Of a stretch of 20,000 nt of DNA, positions 1 through 12,000 are shown piece by piece. The stretch lies in IMG/VR virus record IMGVR_UViG_3300020472_002474; one strand, written 5' to 3'. Below the pieces are notes generated by a model that saw nothing but the letters and a program-made list of their open reading frames with translations, made no database searches and was not told the origin of the DNA. Positions within the stretch are counted from its first letter, which is position 1. The number at the start of each line of letters is the position of its first letter. This DNA comes from an uncultured virus (IMG/VR IMGVR_UViG_3300020472_002474) (taxonomy: Duplodnaviria > Heunggongvirae > Uroviricota > Caudoviricetes). The position numbers and the translations under genes were made by a program.

Positions 1-3000
1 TTAACAAGCTTAATATTGAGATAGCAATTAAAATCAGGTGCACCTCCTGTTCCGTTGGCAAAACCTAATAGCTTCCATGCTAAACTAAAGGTAATATTTT
101 CCGAAGCACCTTGTGCTGCGTAAAAATCGGTTGTGGTTAATCTTGGTGAAAATAATTGTAACATTAACTGACCACCAAACATTCCATTTACGAGCTCATC
201 TGGTGCTATCCACCTATGCTCGCTAGGTCTTATAAAACAACATACTGGCCTAAAAAGTTGGGTGTTTGCTGTCGTACTCGAAAAGTATCCACTTGATTGT
301 TGGTATTGTGCATGTCCATCCGCTAAACTCTGTGGGGAAAACTGAGTTGCCTTTGGATATGGTGTGTGGTTGGTGTTTTGTTCATCCGAAAGTGTATTAT
401 TAATTGCAGCTGTATCACGACCATCATAAACAATAGTATGAAAAGAACCAGCATTCGTAATACCTTGTGGGTTGAGATTTCCTATAACTGCACTCCCACT
501 CCAATTTTGGTCACCATTACCGAATTGGTCATTATCTCTACCCCACGAACTGAAGTCTGATGATATAGCTGCTGCACTTTTTACGGCTGATGGACTATTG
601 GTATCTCCCCAAGACTCAACAGGCTTCTTTCCACTATTAGTTCCCGATATAATATCGGCAGTACCACCACCAGCAACCACATCAGAAAAATATCCTGTTT
701 CTGCTGATATATCACCTTTTATTTCAGCTCCAGCTGATGATAATCTGAAATTTGATGAACTTATTTGTAGTGCGTCATCCCCACCATCCACATCAAACTT
801 AATAAAATTAGTTCCACTATCATCAGCCTTTAGTAGAAAATTACCTGCCCCATCAACACGCATTCCTGAATTTGTTGTTGCTATCGTGCTCGTATCGGCT
901 AATGTACCGATTTCAAAGAATCCAGTAGATGTTCCGTCAAGTGTTATGTTTCCATCTGCTAACGATATGGAATGTCCAGCACTATCTATTACTAAATCAT
1001 TTGTATTGGCAGTTAAATTAAAGGTTGTTGACTTCATTTCTAATGAAGTTCCATCCTTCTTTATGAAGTTACTTGCGTTTCCATATGCTAAGAAATCACC
1101 AGTTCCATCCATATAGATACCAGCATTTGTTCCTGCTACACTTGTGTTTGGTGTAGAACCCATTGCTATCTTACCACTATTTGTGGCTGAATCAATAACG
1201 AGGGTTGCAGTGGTCAATGCGAATGTATTAGATTGTAATACAATAGCATTATTTGTGTATTGTATTCTATTACCACTAGCATTACCAACTAAAAACTCAT
1301 TTCCACTACCACTTACGAAGAAACCAGTTCCACTTGTTGCACTTGTTGGTGGAGTTGCTCCTAATGAAATTACACCACCATTGGATGATGATACTCTTAA
1401 TGTGCTTGTATTTAAATCAAAATTTTGAGCTTTAATTACCAATCCACTATTAAATTGTATGTAATTATTAGCGTCATGTTTCATTAATAATAAACCATCA
1501 CCTTGTGCATACAAACCACTATCCCCATCAGTTACATCGGTTACGGAATCTAAACTACCAACAATAAGTTTTGCTCCCGCATCATCCAATTGAAGCTTCG
1601 GTGTGGTGCTTTCGAGTTGTAGAGTATCAGTAACCAAATCAAAAGTGCTTGTCTTGATGTTAAGTTTAGATGTTCCATCGATAATCTGACGTTTGATGAA
1701 ATTATTACTATCTTGTTGTAAATTAAACTCACCACTACCACTAAAAAATATACCATTTGTTGATAAATCAGAAAGTGAGGCGGATGTACCACCCATTGCA
1801 AACATTTGAGTTTGAGTATCTATATCAACCTTCGCGGTATCAATTACTAATTCACTGGCCTTTAATTGTAAGGTGTTACTTGAAAATCTTAAAAAGTTAT
1901 TTGCATCACCTTGAAAGTTAAAATCACCACTACCACTTAGTAATACACCATTAGAAGTTAATGTTGTTGGTATGGTTGAACCCATTGCTATAGTTCCACC
2001 ACCAGATGATGAAACTCTTAAATTACTTGATAATAAATCAAACTTTTCTGACTGTATTTCGAAATTACTATTACCACCCTTAATAAAATTGGCCCCATCC
2101 TCAACAAAACTAAATTTACCAGTTCCATCTAAATAAATTCCAGTTGCACCATGTGTTACCGCACTTCCATCAGTTCCCAAACCTATCATACCACTATTAA
2201 CAGCACTATCCATATAAATTGTAGTGGCATCAAGAGTAAAGTTGTCGGCGGCTATATCAAAATTATTATTTCCACCTATTATGTAATTGTTAGCATCTTC
2301 CTTAAAACTAAAATGACCACTACTATTTAAAAATATACCTTCTGAACCATGAACTAAGGTAGAGGTTGCATTAGAACCGAGTCTTATCTTAGAAGTATCG
2401 ATTGCTAATGTGGTTGATCCCGATAATGAAAAATTCTGTGAACCTATTTTAAAGTCCGTTCCATCTCTCTTAATATAATTTAAACTATTATATTCGAAAT
2501 TAAACTCACCACTACCACTTAAAAATATACCAGCTCCACTCAAATCTGCCAATGATGCTGAAGTTGCTCCAAGTGCTATCATTCCACCATGTTCGGTTGT
2601 AATGTCTACCGTACTTGTATCTATTACCAAATCATCAGTTCTAACTGCTAAATTATTTGATGATGCATCAAAGTACATAAATGAATTACCACTTGTTGCA
2701 GTTCCAACTCTGAAATTACCAGCACCATCAATCCAAGCTCCTGCACCTGCTGTTTTAGAACTTGCCGAACCTAATGCTATTTTATTATTTGCTGCAGTAG
2801 ATGCATCTCGACCAGATATCGTAAGACCTTGTGTGGCTATTTCTAACGATACGGTTTTTACATCTAATGCTGGTGTTGCACCTGCGTCAAATTTAAAGTA
2901 ATTTGTACTATTTTTGTATAAATGAAATTCTGCATTACCACCATCGTTTGCTATAAGTATACCTTCTTGTGCAGGATTTGCAATTGTAGGTGAACCGATT

Positions 3001-6000
3001 TGTAAAAATGAATCATTAGCATCTGATTGTAATGTCATCCTATAACCAGTTTTGTTACCAAATCCAATTGTTTGTGTATCTCCACCTACCATCGTGATAC
3101 CACCATTAGCACTTGTATTGTATCCCAAACTCATTGATTTGTGAGTGCTACTTACCTCAAAATCAGGTGCATCTACTTCAATACCATCACCCGCGGTTAT
3201 ATTTACATTTGATGCCGTTAAGTTGAAGTTTGCTGCTGCTATATCAATGTTAGTTCCGTCAAATCTTATGTATTCAGTTCCACTTCCAACATGAAATTTT
3301 GTAGTAGTTAATGCTCTCTCTAATATAAATCCTTGTTCGTTGTTTGCTACGGCTCCTGCAAAAGATTCACTAACACCAGCCTTTAATACTTGTTGAGTTG
3401 CTGATGCACTTATAATAAGATTATCACTCAAAGCAGGTGCAGAACCAAATTGTGCGTAACCTACATTACCACTTCCTAATAGTTTTACATTTCCATTATT
3501 TAAACTCATTGATTTGTGAGTTGATGAGATTTGTAAATCTGTTGTTCCTGCTGCTAAATCAAGTTGTGTGGTTTTTATATCTACACCAGTTCCACCATCA
3601 AATATAAAGTAGTTTGTAGCACTTTTAACAAATTCAGCTTGAGGATTTGTAGCATCCATACCGATAAGGATACCTGCAGTTCCACTTCCTTCTTGAGAAA
3701 AACTTGTTTTACTACCCATAGCCATAAAGTTATCAGTAGAACCACCTTGTATCGTAACTGAGTTGGAAGTTCCAACTGTAATCTTACCATTTGCCCCATC
3801 AAGTAAAATCTTACCTTCTCCAATACTCATAGATGCATTTGTAGAACTTATTTCAATATTACTTGCATCCAATTCAAAATCTTCAGTTTTAATATCTACT
3901 CCATCATCAAAGATAAAGTAGTTTGTGGCACTTTTAACAAATTCTGCCTGTGGGTTAGTTGAATCCATACCAATTAATATTCCAGCAGTTCCACTTCCTT
4001 CGTGAGAAAAACTTGTTTTACTACCCATAGTAATGAATTGGTCTGTTCCATCAGTTTTTATAGTAATAGGATTACTTGAACCTACTGTAATGAATGGTGT
4101 TGATGATCCTTGTAATACAATTTTACCTTCACCAAGGCTCATTGATGAATGTGTAGATGATAATTCTAAATTACTAGCATCTAATTCAAAAGTTGTAGTT
4201 TTTATATCTACACCAGTTCCACCATCGAAAATAAAATAATTAGTGGCACTCTTAACAAATTCCGCTTGTGGGTTGGTTGCATCCATTCCAATTAAAATAC
4301 CTGCAGTTCCACTTCCCTCATTGGAGAAACTACCTTTACTACCCATTGCTATAAAGTTATCTGTATTTCCACCTTGAATTGTTATAGCATTTGAAGAACC
4401 AACTGTAATTTTAGTATTTGTTCCGTCTAATGTAACTTGTCCACCAAGACTCATAGACTTATGTGCTGAGGATATCTGTAAATCACCACTATTGGCATCT
4501 AATTCAAAATTAACTGTTTTTATATCAAGTCCATCATCGAATATAAAGTATTCACTTGCATTTTTTACGAATTCCGCCTGTGGATTACTTCCATCCATTC
4601 CAATCAAGATACCAGCGGTTCCACTACCTTCGTGTGTAAATGAAGTCTTACTGCCCATTGTTAGGAATTGGTCTGTTCCATCAGTCTTAATTGTTATTGC
4701 ATTACTCGAACCTATCGTGATAGATGGTGATGCTGCACCTTGTATTGTAATTTTATTACCACCGAGACTCATTGATTTATGAGCTGCTGATATTTGTAAA
4801 TCATCCGTGTTTGCTGCTAATTCAAACGCTCTTGTTTTTACAGTTAAGGCGTTATCATCAAATTTTAGAAAATCTGTTCCATCACCAACCACAAATTCTG
4901 CGTCTGTATTATTATTTGCTAACCAAAAACCTTCAGTAGTATCACTTACACTTGTTTTTCCACTTCTTATTGCACCTTGTGTGGATGAACCTGTAATGAA
5001 TATTGCCTTTGTGGATGTGGCACCTATTCTACCGACAGCTTGACTTGAATTTGGTGATTGAAAGAATATATCTCCATCACCCAACGACATAGATTTGTGT
5101 GTTGATGAGATTTGAATATCACCACTACCTGCACTTAATTCAAAAGTATTTGGTTGTATGGATACATTTCCACTCGCGTCGTTTGAGATAAAGAAATTAC
5201 CACCACCAACTTTCCAAGCTCCTGTTGTATACCAATAATTGTTATTATTTATGAAAATTCCATCATTAGTAGATTGAACATCAGTTCCAATTACAACTTG
5301 ATTTGATGCATCTGTTCTAACATGAAGTTTTCCAGTAATTGAACCAGTTTGTGCTGTTATTCCACCTTGTAGAAATACATTTTCTGCAAATAATCCAAAA
5401 CCAGGATTTGTTTCACCATATAACAATCCACTACTCAATCCACTTAAATCACCAAGTCTTGTTTTTAATTCTACATCAAATACTGCACTTCCAGTTCTTT
5501 CGACTATATCAATATAAGGTGTTGTGGTATCATTTGGATTTGCGTTTAATCTTATAAATCCAGTTCCAACTTTTCCTGTTGATACAATTACTTGACCTTG
5601 TGAGTATGTTTGTGCAGAAGATGCAGCATCACCAACTGAACCACTTGTTGTTTCTAATGAACCACTATATCCACGAACAACAAACAACTTACCCATAAAG
5701 TTTGTATCACTTGAAGGAACATCCCTTGATGCACTTTGTATCAACATATATTCTGTTTGAAATCCTGTATCGGATACTTTTTTAGCAGATATAACTTCGT
5801 TTGCTACAAACCCACCAACATTTGCAACACTCATAGTTGTATCTGAAGCGGCTATATCTGTGGAACTCGATATAATAGTTGAATTTGCTACATATAATTG
5901 ACCACCTACGGCGTTTACAGATTCTTTTTCAAATACCGTAGTGGCTAATGTTCCCCTAACCGTAACCTTTTCAAATTCTGCTTCACCATTATTGGCTGAA

Positions 6001-9000
6001 GTTATTCTCCAACCTTGAACACCACTAGCAAAATCTGATGTTTGTATAATTCCTGCAGAATCTATTACTATATTTTCACTTGAAATTTGTGTTGTGCTTA
6101 TTGACCAACTTGCTATCTTGTTATAATCACTACCAAAATGGGCTATTTCATCTGCTCCTGCAGTTCCACTTCCATCATATATTACTAAACCATATTGGTC
6201 ACCACCTGTTGGATCTATTTCACCAATCCTTACCCTTAATCCATCTGATGCATCATAAACATCAATTCTACTTGTTGATGAATCAATATCTAATCTATCA
6301 GTATCGAGTTTAAATGCTGGTGTTTTAATATCAATACCTGCAGGTGTCATTCTTAGGTATTGATTATTACCAGTTCCAACCGTATAATCAAATTCAGGAT
6401 TAGTAGCATCCATTCCCATTATTAATCCAGCAGTAGTTGTTTGGTCGAATGTAGTTTTTCCACCAAACTTCAACATCTTATCAGTTCCGTCTGCGTGTAA
6501 AACTATTGCTCCACCACTTGAGTTAGGATCACCAATACTCATACTTGCGTGTTGTGATGATACTTCTAAATTAGATGCACTTACCTCAAGATTTTTAGTT
6601 CTTATATCAAGACCATCTGTGGAATCCCATCTTAAATATTCATCACCACTTTTTGCCATTTCAAATTTTGGTACAGCCGCATCCATACCGAGAATAATAC
6701 CAACCGTAGATTTATCATAATGACTAAAGGAAGTTTTACTTCCCATAACTATGAATTGGTCTGTACCATCGGTTTTAATGGTAATAGGATTACTATCTCC
6801 TATCTGAAAATATGGTGATGATGCACCAACTAATAAAATTTTACCCTCACCTAAACTCATTGATGCATGAGTGGAAGATAAATCTAAGTTAGTTGTACTT
6901 AATTCAAATGCGGTTGTTTTTATGTCTATTCCGTCATCGAATATAAAATAATCACTTGAATTTTTTACAAATTCTGCTTGTGGATTACTTCCATCCATTC
7001 CAATCAAGATACCAGCAGTTCCACTTCCTTCGTGAGAAAAACTTGTTTTACTACCCATCGTGATAAAATTATCAGTTCCACCACCTTGAATAGTAACCTT
7101 GTTTGATGTTCCCACCGTCATTTTACCATTGGCACCATCAAGTAAGATTTTACCTTCTCCAATACTCATAGATGCATGGGTAGATGAAATCTCTATGTTC
7201 GTAGCATCTAATTCAAGACCTTCAGAAAGTTTTATATCAAAATTAGTTCCATCAAAGGATAAGTAATTTGTTGCACTTCCTGCCAATTCAAATTTAGTAG
7301 TTCCACCATCAGTACCAAAAATAACACCCGCAGTAGATTGGTCAAAGTGTGAAAATGAAGTTTTACTTCCAACCGTTAAAAATCTATCAGTTCCGTCATC
7401 TTTTAATGTTATTGCGTTTGCGGCACCGATTGTAATGAATGAAGTAGATGCTCCAACCATTTTAATCTTACCTTCACCTAAACTCATACTTGCGTGTGTA
7501 GATGATAACTCTATATTTGTAGCATCTAATTCAAGTCCTTCGGTAAGTTTTACATCAAAATTAGTACCATCAAAAGAAAGATAATTTGTAGCGTTTCCAG
7601 CTATTTCAAATTTGGTAGTTCCACTATCAGTTCCTAAAATTACTCCTGCAGTGGATTGGTCGAAATGTGAGAATGATGTTTTACTACCAATAACCAAAAA
7701 TCTATCAGTTCCATCATCCTTTAGAGTAATTGCATTAGCTGCACCAACTGAGAGTGTTGAAGTTGAACCACCTACCATCTTAATTTTACCATCCCCAATA
7801 CTCATACTTGCGTGTGTGGATGATATTTCTATATTGGTGGCATCTAACTCAAATCCCTCAGATAGTTTTATATCAAAATTTGTTCCATCGAAAGAAAAAT
7901 AATTTGCAGAATTTTTAGCTATTTCAAGTTTAGGAACGGTAGAATCCATTCCAATTATTATACCCTCAGTTGATTGGTCAAAATGACTAAAGGAAGTCTT
8001 ACTTCCCATAGTTATAAAGTTATCTGTATTTCCACCTTGAATTGTTACTTTGTTTGCGGAACCAACTTCCACTCGTGAATTACCACCATCGAGTAATATG
8101 TTAGCTGCTGCTCCTGGCACTCCACCTAAACTCATCGATGCATGTGCAGATGAGAGTTGTATATTTGAGGCCGCCATTTCAAATGTATTGGTATCTATAT
8201 CAACCGCGGCTCCTGTGAATTTGAAATGACCACTCGAACCCACAAACGATACTCTTGGTGCACTTCCAGCGTTATTGTATCCTAAAAATACCCCACTATG
8301 TCCATATCCAACCGTACCACCAGTTTGACCGATTGCTAAATATGGATTTGCATCTGATCCTTGGGCTAACCATTGTCTATTTGTTCCCAATGACATTGAA
8401 GCTTGTCCAGAGGATAGTTGAAATCCTGTTGCCGTAATGTTGAGTTCTGTTACATTGATATCAATATCAGAACCAGTAATATTAAAATTACCATTTTCAA
8501 ATAATATTCCACCATCTGCATCACCAAAACGGAAATTACCATCTCCATCCATAAAAATACCACTACCAGTAGATAAACTAATAAAGTCTGCATCAGGTCC
8601 CATTCTAAATGTTGGTGTTCCTTCACCCTCTATGATAATTTTACCTTTTGGATAAGTTGGAGAGTGTCCAAGACTCATACTTGCCTGTGTGGTAGAGACT
8701 TGAATGGTTGATGCTGATATTTCAAGTTTCTGCGATGCTATATCTAAGTTACCATGTTGTAATTTTATAAAATCGGTTGCATCACCAATATGAAATTCAG
8801 GATTTGCATTATTATTTGCGAACCAAAAACCTTCGGTTGTATCACTTACACTTGATTTACCAGTTCTAATATATCCCTTTGAAGAATTTCCAAATATTTC
8901 AATTTGTTTTGAACTATTAGAACCAACAAAAATTTTACTATTTGCTCCGTCAAGTAAAATATTACCTTCACCCAATGACATACTTGCATTTAAGGAACTT

Positions 9001-12000
9001 ATTTCAATATTGGTTGCATCTAATTCAAGACCTTGAGAAAGTTTTATGTCGAAATTACTACCATCGAATGATAAGTAATTTGTAGCACTTGCTACAAGTT
9101 CCATTTTAGGTACAGTTGAATCCATACCAACGATAATACCAGCTGTAGATTGGTCGAAATGAGTAAAGGAAGTTTTACTTCCCATAGTCATAAAATTATC
9201 AGTTCCACCACCTTGTATGGTAACTTTATTTGCTGAACCAATTGTTATTTTTGCATTTGCCCCATCGAATACAATCGTCCCATCATTTAATGACATTGAT
9301 TTATGACCAGATGATATTTGTAAATCACCAGTATTTGCATCAAGTTCAAATGTTGTGGTGTCTATGTCAAGACCAGCCCCATCAAATTTTATATGACCAC
9401 CAGTTCCTACTGCTGAAAACTTTGGTGTTGAACCACCTGATACTCCAAGAAATACTCCTGTTGCACCATAGGCTTTACTTGCGAGAGCTACACTTGGTTG
9501 TAAACTGATATATGGATTATTACTATTACCTCTTATAACAACCTCATCAGAAGTTCCCAAAGACATTGAGGCTTGTGTTGAAGAAATTCGAATAGAACCA
9601 GCGTCATCATGAAATCCAGAAGTTGTTAAATTCCAACCTGAAATATTTTGACTACCCGAACCAATAAATAAAAGGTTTGAATAATTGTTATTTGAATCCT
9701 TTTGTATTATTTGTAAACCATAATCATTAATTGCATGTAAATCAGTAGTATCACTTAATCCACCGAGTCTAACTACCTTTATAGCTCCATTATCTATATC
9801 TTCATCTTTTCTATATACGGAAAAACCTTCTTGAATATTCTGAGTGTTGTCATTGACAGATGACATATAAACTCTCGTAAAGTCTTGATATGCAGCTGAA
9901 CCACTTATAGCCTTAGAAATCCAACTTCCACTTATTGCCCAACCTGCAATTTGATTTGAATTTCCTAATCGGAATAAAGTATCACCACCTGAAATTCCTT
10001 TAATACCCCAATTAGTAGCTGTGGTATGATATAATTCTAACTTATTATTACTATCTTCTTGAACTGTGATAATCGGTGTTGAGTTATCTGCATCAAGTAT
10101 AATACCCTTATTGGAAGCGTTAACACTTGAAAGTGTATCACCTATTATGTCCCAATTTGCAATTCTACCACTTGTAGCAGTTATCTTTCCTTCTATATTT
10201 GCTGCACTTGCAGTTATCCGTCCATCTGCAGAAACTTTAAATTGACTTGATGAAATAAAAGATACTGGATCATCTGTTGCTGCAGAAGATGATATTCTCC
10301 AATGAGGTGGATATGCCAAAGATGTACTTTCTATCTGTGCTCCACCTATCAATCCAGCAGATGATGTTATCTTACCTTCGAATACTGCTCCACTTGCAAA
10401 TAATACACCACTCGCACTTACAGAAAAGTTTGGCCCAAATTTAACATAATATCTTCCTGCTGTTGCAGTATCACCTTGTTCGGGTGTAAAATCAATATAG
10501 TATTCATCTCGTGTTATATCAAATGCTGCTGCTGTATCACTACCAGGACCTTTAGTAGAGTGATAAAGGGCCGCTCCATCAGCGTCAAGTGTAGCATTAC
10601 TACCACTCAACATACCATCTACGATTTTCCAATTACCAATGTTACCAGCAGTAGCGGTAATTGTTCCACTCATATTTACATCACCACTTGAAGATAAATG
10701 AAAATTACTTGAACTTATCTCTACATTACCAAGAGCACCACTAACGAATTGTGTTCCTTCATTACCTACAAAAAATGCGTCCGCTCTAATATCAAGCTCA
10801 CTTGGATCAGTTCTAAATTTTAAATAACTTCCACTATTACCAACTAATTCTAATCCTACACCTTTATAATCATCTCCACTATCAGGTAGAACAGAACCAC
10901 TAAACATCATAAATCCTGAATTTTCACCTGTTGCGTTAGAAGCACTTTTAAATCCTTGATATCCCATTGACCTAATAAATGCAGAATTAACACCAGCCAT
11001 TTCAACACCACTTGCAAGTGCACTTCCAATAAACATTGAACCACTAAGTATGTTATCAGTTCCACTTATGTTTATATTTGGTCCTGTAAAGTCTATTGGA
11101 TTTGTAAATACCGTTGTATCTGCTATATTATTATTTACATCATAAAACTCAACTAAAAATCTAATTCTATCAGGTCGTTCTAATAATGGGGGAACTGGTG
11201 CTGTTATTGTGACGAAGTCAGGATGAAATGCTGTATCGGTTGCCGCTTTTACTTGAATATCTGATACATGCCATACACCAGACGGAGCTTTAAATTGAAT
11301 TACTCCTGTTCCTGTATTGTCAGCTAAAAAACTTCCCTCTACAAGACCAAAATCATACTCTGATACTCCAGTTGGAAAATCAGGTAAGTTTAATTTTTCA
11401 TCACCCCAATGATTACCTTCATTGTTTTCCGTGTTAAATGCACTACCACTTGTATAAACTATAAATTCTGCATTTGAAGTTAAATTTCCATCCACATCTT
11501 TTTTATCAGTTTTTATACCATATACTTTTGCAGAAAAATTATATAAATTTCCTTTTATAAAATCAACTGAAGTCTTATTCTGAACTCTAACGGAATCTCC
11601 GTGTTCTAAATTAGAACCAGAAATTACCATAGAATCTACTTTTTTAGCAGAACTAAATGTAAATGTTCCAGTTCCACCGTTACCATTTTGTCCTTCGTGT
11701 ATTTCCCAATAATTATTTATTCTACCAACATCAATAAAATAACCTATATTGGTATTTAAAGTAGTTTCGTTTTTATCAAATAGAACCTGTGCACTTTCTA
11801 TTGGAGAATCATATATTAGTTCAAAATCTCCGAGAGAACCTTCACTTTTTGCATAAATTTTAACCTTGTGAACATCACCACTAAATGTTTTCATATCTTG
11901 AATTGTGATATCGGCAAATGATGTAAAGTTTATTGATGAAGTTGTTTGTGTAGGTAATTCTACATAACTTGCTGTAATTGCACTTGTTGTTGATAATGGT

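Noticed and set aside
1550..3823. Minus-strand ORFs 1550-1801 and 3581-3823
   Set aside because: They are out-of-frame overlaps inside the giant CDS, with Leu/Val/Gln-rich off-frame composition.
2900..9600. Repeats as a CRISPR array or as the template/variable repeats of a diversity-generating retroelement
   Set aside because: The period is ~310 bp and in frame, and differences fall mainly at synonymous positions rather than being adenine-specific. There are no unique spacers and no cas or reverse transcriptase gene in the window.
366..10691. About 16 plus-strand ORFs of 60-214 aa in the track (e.g. 472-1116, 2602-2901, 4492-4782, 7612-7902)
   Set aside because: They are antisense shadows of the giant minus-strand ORF. 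Their Pro/Ser/Ile bias and mutual similarity mirror its Gly-rich repeats.
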